Part shown: in pieces, positions 9,316 through 19,906 of the stretch | Position numbering within the stretch: the stretch's first letter is position 1 | Layout of the letters: each line of letters opens with the position of its first letter | Source of the DNA: an uncultured Candidatus Rokubacteria bacterium | GTDB lineage: Bacteria > Methylomirabilota > Methylomirabilia > Rokubacteriales > CSP1-6 | NCBI GenBank assembly: GCA_963789955.1 | Contig: CAWBMV010000003.1 | Location: 32,001 to 96,000, forward strand | Reading direction: 5' to 3' | Length of the DNA: 64,000 bases | Notes under the pieces: generated by a model | Seen by the model: only the letters and a program-made list of their open reading frames with translations | Databases searched by the model: none | Told to the model about the DNA's origin: nothing | Made by a program: the position numbers and the translations under genes

Positions 9316-10473
9316 TCAGCCGAGCCTGACCCCGTATTTCTCGAGCGTGTCCTGACGCAGCTCGAGGCCGAGCCCCGGCGTATCGGGGACGGCCATGAAG
9401 CCGTCGACGATCTTCGGCTGCTCGCGGAACAGCTCGAACCAGAGCGGGTCGCGCGTCGGATCGGCGAACGATTCGAGGATGAAGCCGGTCGGGCTCGCCG
9501 CGACGGCGTGGACGTGGATCTGGGGATCGTGGTGGGCGGCGAGCGGCACCTGGTAGAGCTCGGCCATCACCGCCGCCTTGCGCCACACCGTGAGCCCGCC
9601 GGCCCAGGTCGAGTCGATGATCAGATAGTCGACCAGACCTTCGGCCACCATCGTGCGCAGGCCGAAGGGCGTGAACTCCGTCTCGCCCGCCGAGATCGGC
9701 ACGTTCACCTCGGCCTTGAGCCGTCGCAGCGCGTGGCGCTCGTCGTACCAGGGCATCGGATCCTCGAGCCAGAAGATGTTGTAGGGCTCGCAGAGGCGGG
9801 TCGCGCGCACGGCGCTCGGCAGATCCCAGCCCTGGTTCGCGTCGAGCATGATCGCCACGTCGTCACCGACCGCCTTGCGGATCACGCCGACGCGCTCCGC
9901 GTCGGCCTCGGGCGGCAGGCCCGCGACCTTTACCTTGACGGTGCGGTAGCCGTGCTCGAGATAGAGCGCCGCCTCGCGCCGCAGATCGTCGGGCCGCTCG
10001 CCGTCGCGATAATAGAACCCGGTCACGTACGCCGGCACTTTCGAGCGGAGCGCGCCGCCGAGGAGGGCGTGCACCGGACGGCCCGTGGCCTTGCCCATCA
10101 GGTCCCACATCGCGATGTCGATGGCGCTGATGGCCGTGACGAGCTGCCGGCGCTGGTGCGCCAGGGTCGGAATGCCGCGCACGCTCGTATAGGTGAGCGC
10201 GAACAGATCCTGCCAGACGCGCTCGACCTTGAACGGATCCTGCCCGACGACCAGCGGCGTGACGCGCTCGAGGATCTGGCCGACCGCCTTCATGGCCTCC
10301 GGACCGCCCTGGGACAGGAAGGGGCCGTGCGCCTCGCCGATGCCGACCAGGCCGGAATCCGTCGTGAGCCGGACGATGAGCTCGCTGACCCGGCTGATCG
10401 TCGACGTGGAGGTGCGGACCGGCTGCGGCAGAGGCGCGGACAGAAAGTACGTGTCGAGCGCTTTGATCTTCAT
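9316..10473 (-). CDS. Mandelate racemase/muconate lactonizing enzyme family protein
   Basis: GLVGIGE, AIDIAMWDLMGK, KVKV, MLDANQGW, WLEDP, AGE, PGLG motifs. Confidence 0.92.
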   Translation of the reverse strand: MKIKALDTYFLSAPLPQPVRTSTSTISRVSELIVRLTTDSGLVGIGEAHGPFLSQGGPEAMKAVGQILERVTPLVVGQDPFKVERVWQDLFALTYTSVRGIPTLAHQRRQLVTAISAIDIAMWDLMGKATGRPVHALLGGALRSKVPAYVTGFYYRDGERPDDLRREAALYLEHGYRTVKVKVAGLPPEADAERVGVIRKAVGDDVAIMLDANQGWDLPSAVRATRLCEPYNIFWLEDPMPWYDERHALRRLKAEVNVPISAGETEFTPFGLRTMVAEGLVDYLIIDSTWAGGLTVWRKAAVMAELYQVPLAAHHDPQIHVHAVAASPTGFILESFADPTRDPLWFELFREQPKIVDGFMAVPDTPGLGLELRQDTLEKYGVRLG

Positions 10474-10532
10474 GATAGCCTCCGCGCCGATGATACCTTA
10501 GCTGGACTCGTCGATCTTTCACGGGAGGCGCG

Positions 10533-12076
10533 ATGAAATCGCTCGTGATCCGATCCGTGCTGGTCACCCTGCTGCTCTCGTCCGTGTGGTCTCAGCCGGC
10601 GCTCGCCGCGGACCCGCCCGCGGGAACGATGACGTGGGGTGTTCACGTCACGCTGGCCGCGCGCTGGCTCGATCCGAGCGATACCGAGGCGTTCATCACG
10701 CCGTTTCTCGTGCTGTATGCCCTCCACGACGCGCTGGTGAAGCCGATGCCGGGCGGCGACAACACGCCGAGCCTGGCCGAGTCGTGGACCACGTCGAAGG
10801 ACGGCCTGACCTACGAGTTCGTGCTCCGAAAGGGCGTGAAGTTTCACAACGGCGACCCGGTCACCGCCGAGGACGTGAAGTTCTCGTTCGAGCGCTACCA
10901 CGGCGCCGCGGCGAAGCTCTTGAAGGATCGCGTGCGCGAGATCACGATCGTCGACCCCGGGCGCGTGCGCTTCCAGCTGAAGGAGCCGTGGCCGGACTTC
11001 ATGACCTTCTACGGCACGTCCGCGACCGGCGCAGCGTGGATCGTGCCCAAGAAGTACGTCGAGAAGGTCGGCGAGGACGGCTTCAAGAAGGCGCCGATCG
11101 GCGCCGGGCCGTACAAGTTCGTGAGCTTCAACCCGGGGATCGATCTGGTGCTGGAGGCGTTCGACGGCTACTGGCGCAAGGTGCCGAGCGTGAAGCGGCT
11201 CGTCTTCCGGAGCATGCCCGATGAGACCACGCGCGCGGCCGCGCTCAAGGCCGGCGACGTGGACATCGTCTATCTCCTGAGCGGCCCCGTGGCCGCCGAG
11301 GTCAAGCGGTCGCCCGGGTTGCGCCTGGCCGCCGCGATGCCGCCCGGCGTCGTGTTTCTCGATCTGCCGGAGCAATGGGATCCGAAGTCGCCCTGGGCCG
11401 ACCGGCGCGTGCGTCTGGCGGCGAGCCATGCGCTCGATCGGAGCGCCCTCAATCAGGCCGAGACGCTTGGACTCTCGCGGCCGACCGGCGGGCTCGTCCC
11501 GCGTACCCTGGAGTTCGCGAAGACGTTCGAGCCGCCGGCCTACGATCCCGCGCGCGCCAAGAAGCTCCTAGCCGAGGCCGGGTATCCTTCGGGCTTCGAC
11601 GCCGGCGAGCTGACGCCGTTCCCGCCGTTCTTCTCGCTGGCCGAGGCGATCGGGAACTATCTGCAAGAGGCGGCATCCGCACGCGCCTGCGCACGATGGA
11701 GCGGGCCGCGTTTCTCACGGCGTGGCGCGAGCACAAGATCAAGGGCGTCATCATGGGGCTCGGCGCGCCGGCCGGCAATGCGGCCACGCGCATCGAGGTC
11801 TACGTGACCAAGGGCGGGATCTACGCCTCGGGCGTGGTGCCGGAGATCGAGGATCTCTATCAGCGTCAGGGCCGCGAGCTGGATCGGAAGAAGCGCGAGT
11901 CGCTGCTGCACCAGATCCAGCAGATCGTGTACGACCGGGCCATGTACGTGCCGATCTACGAGCTCGCCTTCCTCTGGGGCGTCGGACCCCGCGTCGAGGA
12001 AGCGTGCGTCGACCACATCAAGGGCTTTTCGTACTCGGCGCCCTACGAGGATCTGAAGCTCAGGCCGGGCCGCTGA
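10533..12076 (+). CDS. ABC transporter substrate-binding protein (family 5), one frameshift near 11670
   Basis: LAESW..SKDGLTYEFVLRKGVKFHNGDPVTAEDVKFS, PIGAGPYKF. C-terminus continues in ORF 11375-12076. Confidence 0.88.
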
Positions 12077-13349
12077 GCCGCTCGGCGGCCGCGAGCCGCG
12101 ACGCGTAGAAGCTCTGCTCGCGCGCATTGTCGGTGAGCTCGAGCGCGCGGCGGTACTCGGCGGCCGCCTCGGCGGCGCGTCCGAGCCGGCGGAGGAAGTC
12201 GGCGCGCGCGGCCGGCAAGAGGTGATAGCCGCGGAGCGCCGCCGCGTCGATGCCGTCGAGGGCGGCGAGCCCGGCGGCCGGGCCACGCGCGAGTCCGATC
12301 GCCACCGCGCGGTTCAGCTCGACCACCGGTGACGGCGCGATCTCGGCGAGCGCCCGATAGTGCGTCACGATGGCTTCCCAGTCCGTCGCTTCCCAGGAGG
12401 CCGCGCGCGCATGGCAGGCGGCGATGGCGGCCTGGAGCTGGTAGGGGCCGGCGCGCGCGATCGGCCCCGCTCGGCCGAGCAAGTCGAGCCCGCTGGCGAT
12501 CCGCGCTCGATCCCAGCGCGATCGGTCTTGATCCGCGAGCAGCACCAGGTTGCCGTCGGCGTCGGCGCGTGTGGCGATGCGCGAGGTCTGCAGCTCCATC
12601 AGCGCGAGGAGACCGAGCACCTCGGGCTCGCCCGGCATCAGCTCGGCCAGCATGTGGCCCAACCGCACGGCCTCGGCGCAGAGATCGTGACGGACCAGCG
12701 CGTCGCCGCTGTGCGCGGCGTAGCCCTCGTTGAAGACCAGGTAGACCACCGCGAGCACGGCCGGCAGTCGCTCGGACAGCTCAGCCCCTTCGGGCACCTC
12801 GTAGGGCAGGGCACGGTCGCGAATCGTGCGCTTGGCGCGCACGAGCCGCTGCGCGATCGTGGGCTCGGGCACGAGAAAGGCGTGCGCGATCTCGACGGTC
12901 GAGAGGCCGCCCACCAGCCGCAAGGTGAGCGCCACGCGGCTGTCGGCCGGCAGGCCCGGGTGACAGCAGGTGAAGATCAGCCGGAGCCGGTCGTCGGTAA
13001 TCGTCTCGGGATCGCTCACGTCCGGACTCCCATCGTCCGCGCCGAGCGTGGCCTCGTAGGCAAGCGCCTCGGCCTTGGCTCCCGCCCGGCGCGTGCGCCG
13101 GAGACGGTCGATCGCGCGTCGCCGAGCCGTCGTGAGAAGCCAGCCGCCCGGCCGATCCGGCGTGCCGGTCACCGGCCAGCGGTCGAGCGCTTGCTCGAAC
13201 GCCTCCTGGACGATCTCCTCGGCCAGGTCGATGTCGCGCACCATCCGGAGCACCGACGCGACGACTCGCGCGTACTCCTGGCGGAACGCCTCCGCCACGC
13301 GCGCGTGCGCGTCGGAGACCGGCGTTGGCTCGTGAGCGCTCTCCGTCAC
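12060..13349 (-). CDS. ECF RNA polymerase sigma factor with C-terminal extension (DUF6596/TPR type)
   Basis: DDRLRLIFTCCHP, AQRLVRAK, QDRSRWD, GPYQLQAAIAACH. Paired with a YciI gene. Confidence 0.9.
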   Translation of the reverse strand: MTESAHEPTPVSDAHARVAEAFRQEYARVVASVLRMVRDIDLAEEIVQEAFEQALDRWPVTGTPDRPGGWLLTTARRRAIDRLRRTRRAGAKAEALAYEATLGADDGSPDVSDPETITDDRLRLIFTCCHPGLPADSRVALTLRLVGGLSTVEIAHAFLVPEPTIAQRLVRAKRTIRDRALPYEVPEGAELSERLPAVLAVVYLVFNEGYAAHSGDALVRHDLCAEAVRLGHMLAELMPGEPEVLGLLALMELQTSRIATRADADGNLVLLADQDRSRWDRARIASGLDLLGRAGPIARAGPYQLQAAIAACHARAASWEATDWEAIVTHYRALAEIAPSPVVELNRAVAIGLARGPAAGLAALDGIDAAALRGYHLLPAARADFLRRLGRAAEAAAEYRRALELTDNAREQSFYASRLAAAERLSGPA

Positions 13350-13403
13350 GAGCCAAGATGTTACTCGATGCGCCGCCGGCGGCCGTTACGGCGTGGCGTC
13401 GAC

Positions 13404-13748
13404 TCACATGGGCCACACGGGACGGATCTCGATGGTGCCGCCCTCGCCGAGCGGGATCTTCTTCGCCCACTCGATGGCTTCCGACTTCGAGTCGCAGTCG
13501 ATCAGGTAGAAGCCGCCCAGGACCTCTTTCGTCTCGGTGAACGGCCCGTCGGTGACCTGACGCTGGCCGGCCTTGAAGCGCATGCGGCTGGCGTCCTCGT
13601 CGCCGCGCAGGCGCTCGCCGTGGACCATCTTCTTGGCGGCCATGAGCTCCTCGCCGAAGCGCTGGTGGCCTTTCATGATGGCCTCCATCTGGGCCTGCTG
13701 CGGGGGCGGCGCCGACTTGTCGTTGTTGATCAGAAGCATGTAGCGCAT
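13404..13748 (-). CDS. YciI family (DGPF) protein
   Basis: VTDGPFTETKEVLGGFYLI..IEIRP. Confidence 0.92.
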   Translation of the reverse strand: MRYMLLINNDKSAPPPQQAQMEAIMKGHQRFGEELMAAKKMVHGERLRGDEDASRMRFKAGQRQVTDGPFTETKEVLGGFYLIDCDSKSEAIEWAKKIPLGEGGTIEIRPVWPM

Positions 13749-13834
13749 GGGTTCCGTTCCTCCTCATCTATACGACGCCGACACCGGGCCGGAATCGACA
13801 GTCACGGGGCGCATTCCGCTGGTAGGATACGCGC

Positions 13835-14776
13835 ATGCCGCCGGGCACCGTCGACCGGATCCGCGTCACGACCGTGGTCGACAACTACATCGACAACCTG
13901 CGCCAGGACGATGCAATTGCCCGCCGTTACAGCGCCTTCGTGGCCGGCAAGATGCCGGATCTTCGAGCCGAGCACGGTCTGGCTCACCTGGTCGAGGTCA
14001 CCCGGGGCGGAGACCGGTTCACGATGGCCCTCGACTTCGGGCTCACGCCGGACACCATGAACCACAACTTCCGCGAGCTGGCCCTCGATCCGGGCTCGAT
14101 CGATGCGCTCGGCCTCTCGCACGGTCACCGCGACCACTGGGGCGGGCTGACCGGCTTCCTGCACTCCTGGCGGCGCCGCCTCCGGAAGGATCTGGCCTTC
14201 TACGGCGGTGTCGATCACTTCAGGCCCCGCTGGCAGCAGCGCGGCGAGCGCCGGGTCTACAGCGGGCGCCTCTCGCGCGACGAGATCGAGCGGTACGAGA
14301 TCGACGTGCGGCTCGTCGCCAAGCCGACGCCGATCGCCGAAGGGGTGTGGCTCTCCGGCGAGATGCACGCCACCGAGGACTGGGAGACGATTCCGTCGAA
14401 CCTCCGCGTCGAGGAGGACGGCGAGCTACTCCAGGACACCTTCATCGGCGAGCAGACCCTGGTGGCCAACGTGCGCGACCGCGGGCTGGTCGTGGTCACG
14501 TCGTGCTCGCACCGCGGCATCGTCGGCATCTGCCGCAACGCCGTCCGCTTCACGGGGATTCCCAAGGTGCACGCCGTCATCGGCGGCTTTCATCTCAGCG
14601 GGCTGGACGATGCGCGCATCACGCGGGTGGTCGACGCGTTTCGCGGCCTCGACGTGGAGCACATCGTCCCGCAGCACTGCACCGGCATCGAGGCCATCGG
14701 CGCGGTCATGCAACGGCTGCCCGGGCGGTTCATCGCCAGCTCGGTCGGCACGACGTTCGAGTTTGCGGCACCCTAG
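13835..14776 (+). CDS. MBL-fold metallo-hydrolase
   Basis: AEHGL, LSHGHRDHWGG, SCSHRG, GGFHL, HCTG motifs. Confidence 0.88.
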   Translation: MPPGTVDRIRVTTVVDNYIDNLRQDDAIARRYSAFVAGKMPDLRAEHGLAHLVEVTRGGDRFTMALDFGLTPDTMNHNFRELALDPGSIDALGLSHGHRDHWGGLTGFLHSWRRRLRKDLAFYGGVDHFRPRWQQRGERRVYSGRLSRDEIERYEIDVRLVAKPTPIAEGVWLSGEMHATEDWETIPSNLRVEEDGELLQDTFIGEQTLVANVRDRGLVVVTSCSHRGIVGICRNAVRFTGIPKVHAVIGGFHLSGLDDARITRVVDAFRGLDVEHIVPQHCTGIEAIGAVMQRLPGRFIASSVGTTFEFAAP

Positions 14777-14792
14777 AACAGGAGGAACGGCC

Positions 14793-15221
14793 ATGAGCGA
14801 GCAGAAGCAGCTGTTCAGCGCGAGCCTGGCGAAGGACGCCGTCTACAAGACCGGCTTGCGGAGCTTCATGGAGTACCGCGATCTCGGCATCGAGAACGCG
14901 ACGCACGGTAAGTTCCGGGCCCACACGATCCGGATCAAGAAGGAAGCGGGCAGCGACCACGATTTGCACACCACGGGCTTGCATCAGCACAACTGCGACT
15001 TCCAGATGTTCTACGTGCTGAACGGCTGGATCAAGTTCGTCTACGAGGATCACGGCGAGCACACGTTCACCAAGGGCGACTGCATCCTGCAGCCGCCGGG
15101 GATCGTGCACAACGAGCTCGACTGCTCCGACGACGTCGAGATCCTCGAGATCTATTCGCCGGCCGTGCACGAGACCAAGGTCGTCCGCCAGATGCCGGAG
15201 GCGGCCGCCGCCGCGCGCTGA
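14793..15221 (+). CDS. Cupin domain protein
   Basis: HQH.CDFQMFYVLNG and GDCILQPPGIVHNE motifs. RBS AGGAGG. Confidence 0.88.
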   Translation: MSEQKQLFSASLAKDAVYKTGLRSFMEYRDLGIENATHGKFRAHTIRIKKEAGSDHDLHTTGLHQHNCDFQMFYVLNGWIKFVYEDHGEHTFTKGDCILQPPGIVHNELDCSDDVEILEIYSPAVHETKVVRQMPEAAAAAR

Positions 15222-15251
15222 GCGCGCCGGCGACGACAGGGACGAACAGCA

Positions 15252-15623
15252 ATGCCGAAAGTATTTCGGGTGTACAGCGGCTCGGACGGGAAGTCTCACA
15301 TCGCCGAGGTGCCGCTGGCGATGAAGCCGTTCTCCGACGTCGAAGGCGCCCACGGCGAGGGCACGCCGATGCAGTCGGCGAGCGGCATCGCGTTTCGCGT
15401 GGCGCCGCCGGGCTACGTGCTCAACTGGCACTGCGCCCCGCGGCGGCAGTACTCGATCTCGCTCTCGGGCACCGCGGAGATCGAGGTCGGCGACGGCACG
15501 GTCGCGCGGGTCGGGCCGGGCGACGTGGTGCTGGCCGAGGACCTGACCGGCCAGGGCCACGTCACGCGCGTGGTCGGCAACCAGCCCCGGATGTACGCGA
15601 TCGTGCCGCTGGGCGACTCTTAG
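15252..15623 (+). CDS. Cupin domain protein
   Basis: WHCAPRRQY..LSG..EIEVGDG..GPGDVVLAEDLTGQGH. Confidence 0.88.
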   Translation: MPKVFRVYSGSDGKSHIAEVPLAMKPFSDVEGAHGEGTPMQSASGIAFRVAPPGYVLNWHCAPRRQYSISLSGTAEIEVGDGTVARVGPGDVVLAEDLTGQGHVTRVVGNQPRMYAIVPLGDS

Positions 15624-15928
15624 CTCTTCGGAGTCGCCTGAGTCGCCTCGCAGCGATAGACGTCGGCGGTCATGTAGTCCTGGAGACCGAAGTACCCGCC
15701 CTTCGACGTTCGCTGCGGGGTCATCAGCGCGACATTGCCGCCCAATTTCGCGGCTTTCTTTTGAAGATCGTCGAGCGCGTCGTCGGCAACGGTGCCAAGA
15801 GCGCGACATCCGCTCACTCGACTCGCGTCATCGACGACCAGCACGCCGGCGGGCGCGGGCGACGTCGACGCGCATCCTGCCATCGACAGCGCGAACAGGC
15901 TCGCGCACACAATCCCTCGGGTGTTCAT
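15620..15928 (-). CDS. Small lipoprotein (DUF4156-like)
   Basis: Lipobox MAGC. C..LGTV...KAAKLGGN...ADVYRC pattern. Confidence 0.7.
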   Translation of the reverse strand: MNTRGIVCASLFALSMAGCASTSPAPAGVLVVDDASRVSGCRALGTVADDALDDLQKKAAKLGGNVALMTPQRTSKGGYFGLQDYMTADVYRCEATQATPKS

Positions 15929-16059
15929 CAGTGAATTCCCTCATTGTCGAATATTGACCACAATATGAGTGTCGCTGTCGGCGAGCGTGTCTGCAAGGAG
16001 TCCGGCCTCCCCGGGTAGTCGACGCAATCTGACGTCCGACGGTCCGCTTACGGCCAACC

Positions 16060-17635
16060 GTATCCGAACGTGCACTCTTGACATGTTGGCTGGTGTGCAT
16101 CCGTGGCGTGCCCACGCCGCGGGGTAGACGACGCGCCCGTGGTCCTCGGAAAGGCGCCAGGAGGCGCGACAGCTCCGTGGCCTCGCGAAAAATGCCGACC
16201 GCGCTGCGATCGCCTCGCGGCGCGCCACGCAGGGTCGGTCCGAAATCGCGATGTAGAGTCTCTTCAGGAGACTCACCATGAACGTGCTGATGACCGCCGT
16301 GATCGATCCCGATCCCTCGACCGCTGAGCTGGATCGCCTGGGCGACGAGATCGCCGAGCTCTCCGCGCACCTCGAAGCGGCGACCGCGCGTCTGCTCGAT
16401 CTGATCCGCGAGTTCGACGCTCGCGAAGGGTGGAATCACGGCTTCCGCTCGTGCGCGCACTGGCTGAGCTGGCGAGTAGGGTTCGACATCGGCGCCGCAC
16501 GCGAGAAGGTCCGGGTGGCGCGGGCGCTCGGCGCCCTGCCGCGTCTGGCCAAGGCGCTGGCCCATGGGGAGCTGTCGTACGCAAAGGTCCGTGCGCTGAC
16601 TCGCGTGGCGACTCCCGCGACGGAAGAGCGCCTGCTGGCGGTGGGGCGGGCGGGGACGGCGGAGCATGTCGAGCGGATCGTACGTGGCTGGCGGCGAGTA
16701 GATCAGAAAGCGGAGGCCCGTGAATCAGCCGCCAGGCATCGTAGCCGCGCGTTGCATGTGTATCGGAATGAGGACGGCATGGTCACAGTCCGTGGACGGC
16801 TCGAGCCCGAAGTCGGCGAGCTGTTGATCCAGGCACTGACCGCGGCGCGCGAGGCGCTGTATCAGCGGACTCAGCGGACCTTCGACGACGCCGGCTCGGC
16901 GGACGTTTCCGCGGACACGCCTGCGTTCGAGCAGCAGCAGGCCGATGCGCTGGCACTGCTCGCCGAGACGGCGCTCCATCACGGTATCGATCCGGGAGCG
17001 CCGGGCGAGCGCTACCAGGTGGTCGTTCACGTGGACGCCCCGGTGCTCGCTGATCCCCAGGCGCCCGGGCAGTCCGCGCTCGAGAACGGCGAGCACGTTT
17101 CCGCGGAAACGTCGCGGCGCCTGGCCTGCGACGCCAGTCTGGTCGTGATGCAGCATGCGCGGAGCGGGCGAGTCGTAGAAGTCGCGGCGCGGACGCGGAC
17201 GATCCCGCCCGCTCTACGCCGCGCGCTCCACCATCGCGACCACGGCTGTCGCTTTCCGGGTTGTGGCGTGCGCGTCGGTCAGGGCCACCACATCAGGCAT
17301 TGGGCGCAGGGAGGACCGACGACGCTCTCGAACCTGGCGATGCTATGCCGGCGCCACCATCGCGCCGTTCACGAGGAGGGCTACCAGGTGGACCGCGACC
17401 ATCACGGCGAGCTTCGGTTCCGCCGCCCCGATGGGCGGCTCTTGCCGGAGGTACCGCGTCGCGTCGACGGTGCCGGCCGACTACGGTCAGCGTCCTGCGA
17501 GCGCAGAATCACGTTCAGGGAGCGGTTCTGGACGCGCGGACCGCGACACCGTTCTGGCGCGGTGAGCGGTTGGATGTCGGCTACGCGATCGATGTGTTGC
17601 ATCCGTGGGCCCGAGGCGACTAAGGCCGACGCTAG
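16060..17635 (+). mobile_element. DUF222-HNH dispersed repeat cassette, copy 1 (218-nt leader + ORF + GCTAG)
   Basis: Homologous to 53215-54767 in both leader and ORF. Flanking genes are unrelated. Confidence 0.6.
16278..17623 (+). CDS. DUF222 domain HNH endonuclease (13E12-repeat-like), frameshift near 17470
   Basis: RDHGCRFPGC...HHIRHWAQGGPTTLSNLAMLCRRHH. True C-terminus LDVGYAIDVLHPWARGD* lies in the alternate frame and matches copy 2. Confidence 0.9.
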
Positions 17636-17737
17636 CGCCAGTTGGCGAGATCCCGTGACTGGGCGACGGTCTCGCTACGGCGAGCTACGTGAACGCCGGG
17701 AGCAAGCTTTCGCAGATCGCCAGCCCGCGTCGCCTAG

Positions 17738-19192
17738 TCAATTCCCGATGATCTTCGCGGCCTCCCCGGTGAGCCGCACGATGTGCAGCCCCGTGTTGGC
17801 GCGATCAGCCAGGTAGACGAAGCCGCGCTCGTCGGCCTCGACGTTGTTGGTCTGGATCGCGACCTTGCAGCTCCGGGTCGGCTCGGTGACACAGCGCTCG
17901 GCGGTCCGTTCCGTCGTTGCTGGGATGTAGAACGCGACTTCCCGCGGCGCGTAGGGGTTGCGGATGTCCACCGCGCGCACGCCCGCGTTGAAGTAGGCGA
18001 TGAAGACGAGCTTCTTGTAGAAGATCGGCGCGAACGACTCGCTGCTCGAGTGCGGCCCGAATCGGCCACCCCGCTGGCAGAACTTGCCGAGAGACTCGGG
18101 CACCTCGAACGTGGCCACACCGAACGGGCGCGTCTCGGTCGTGATGTCGATCATGAACGAGCCGTGGCGAAACTCGCGACACTCGTTCGCGATGGCTTCC
18201 GAGACGAGCACGACGAAGTCGCGCATGTGGCCCTTCGTGTTCGGGGCCCAGTCGCCGATCGTCATCCCGAGCACGGGGAACGCGGTGTGGCCTCCCCAGT
18301 TGGGCGACATGTAGAGCCGGCTGATCTCGGGCGCGTTGAGGTTGGCCGTGGTCGGCTCTTTCGGCCCCGCGAGGAGCTTCTGGCGGTCGACGATCTGCAA
18401 GATCCCGTCGGCGCTGGTGCCGTACGCGAAATAGACCCGATTGCCGAGCACCATCGGCCCGTGCGCGCCCGGCGGGACGGGACCCGGCGCGGTCGAACCT
18501 GGCTCCTGGCCCGCCAGGCCGAAGTCGCGCACGAAGACGGGCTTCGCGGGATCGCTCAGGTCGTAGATCTTCGTCATGCGCGACGTGCGCCAGCCCGAGG
18601 CCCCGGGCTGCAGCGGATCCGGCTTGGCCAGATCGCCCGAGATGAGATAGGCGGTACCCGTGTCGCACTCCCAGTAGTTCTTGTGCGTGGAGGTGAGCCC
18701 GGTGACGACCGTGCTGACCTTGCGCGGTTTCGCCGGATCGCTCACGTCCCAGACCTCGTGGCCCGAGTTCGGGACCGCGTTACCGAACGTCCGCAGCAGG
18801 TACGTCTTGCCCTGGCGATCGCAGACGCGCGCCATCTGCGCCCCACCTTGCTCGCCGCCGCCCGCCGCTCCGGGGATGTGCGCCAGATAGCGCGGTCGCG
18901 CCGCGTCGGTGACGTCGACGATCGATGTGCCGTTGTCCTCGTCGACGCCCGTGAGCGGGTTTTTCGACTTGCCGCCGTGATGGCCCACGTAGGCGATGAA
19001 GCGACCGCCTTGCTTGTGGAGCGTCGGCTGGTACGCCGAGCGCCCCTGCAGATCGTCGTGGCCGACTAGCTCCATGTCGCGGGCTTCGGCGCCGTGACCG
19101 CGCGCCGTTTGCGCGGACGCGAGCGCGGCCGCGAGGATCACGAGAACGAAGCCGAAGAGGATCAGCGAAGAGCGTCGCAGGAGCGGAGGCAT
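17738..19192 (-). CDS. Secreted LVIVD-repeat beta-propeller protein
   Basis: Signal peptide. Repeated IVDVTD/VWDVSDP/IYDLSDP/AVDIRNP blades. YLADRANTGLHIV. Confidence 0.8.
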   Translation of the reverse strand: MPPLLRRSSLILFGFVLVILAAALASAQTARGHGAEARDMELVGHDDLQGRSAYQPTLHKQGGRFIAYVGHHGGKSKNPLTGVDEDNGTSIVDVTDAARPRYLAHIPGAAGGGEQGGAQMARVCDRQGKTYLLRTFGNAVPNSGHEVWDVSDPAKPRKVSTVVTGLTSTHKNYWECDTGTAYLISGDLAKPDPLQPGASGWRTSRMTKIYDLSDPAKPVFVRDFGLAGQEPGSTAPGPVPPGAHGPMVLGNRVYFAYGTSADGILQIVDRQKLLAGPKEPTTANLNAPEISRLYMSPNWGGHTAFPVLGMTIGDWAPNTKGHMRDFVVLVSEAIANECREFRHGSFMIDITTETRPFGVATFEVPESLGKFCQRGGRFGPHSSSESFAPIFYKKLVFIAYFNAGVRAVDIRNPYAPREVAFYIPATTERTAERCVTEPTRSCKVAIQTNNVEADERGFVYLADRANTGLHIVRLTGEAAKIIGN

Positions 19193-19304
19193 GGCTATCT
19201 CCTTTTTCAGGGCTCGTGCGAGGCATGATACCGCGCGTCCAGTCGACATGCGTCTCCGAAGCTCGACGTTGATATCGCCTTCCGCGCGGACTTAAAGTGA
19301 GAGC

Positions 19305-19880
19305 ATGGCGCAAGCCCCGCTCACGCTCCGACGCTGGACGCGCATCGAGTACGACCGGCTCGTGGACCTCGGCGTATTCGAGGGCGAGCCCCTCGAGCTC
19401 ATCGGGGGCCAGCTCATCGTTGCGGAGCCTAAGGGCGCGCATCACAGCTCGGCGGTGAGCAGCGCCGAATACGCACTGCGAGCCGGCCTTCCGTCGGGAT
19501 GGATCGTGAGGACGCAGCAGCCGGTGTCACTCGACGACGAGTCCGAGCCCGAGCCCGATCTGGCCGTCGTCCCGGGGCGCCCCGGCGACTATCGCCACGC
19601 ACACCCTGAGCATCCCGTGCTTGCCGTCGAGGTTTCGGATTCGAGTCTTCATTTCGACCGACAGCAGAAGGGCAGTCTCTATGCCCGGGCCGGAATCGAG
19701 GACTACTGGACCGTCAACCTCGTCGATCGCGTTCTCGAGATCCATCGCGATCCGAGCCCCGACCCGTCCGCCCTCTACGGGTGGCGGTACCGGTCCGTCA
19801 TCACGCTGGTGCCGCCCGCCGTGGCCGTCCCGCTCGCCTTCGCGTCGAGCCGGATCGCTGTCGCCGATCTGCTGCCATAG
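19305..19880 (+). CDS. Uma2 (DUF820) family endonuclease
   Basis: ELIGG, SEPEPDLAVV, LAVEVSDSS, KGSLYARAGIEDYW. Confidence 0.92.
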   Translation: MAQAPLTLRRWTRIEYDRLVDLGVFEGEPLELIGGQLIVAEPKGAHHSSAVSSAEYALRAGLPSGWIVRTQQPVSLDDESEPEPDLAVVPGRPGDYRHAHPEHPVLAVEVSDSSLHFDRQQKGSLYARAGIEDYWTVNLVDRVLEIHRDPSPDPSALYGWRYRSVITLVPPAVAVPLAFASSRIAVADLLP

Positions 19881-19906
19881 CCACAGCGCCCCTCGCCGGC
19901 ACGTCG

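Noticed and set aside
17659..17669. 11-bp match (CCGTCGCCCAG, inverted) downstream of both HNH genes
   Set aside because: Short, GC-rich, and opposite in orientation and offset. Could be chance.
19305..19880. Uma2 nuclease as part of a defence system
   Set aside because: Stand-alone gene with no methylase or other defence neighbours. The family is commonly expanded.
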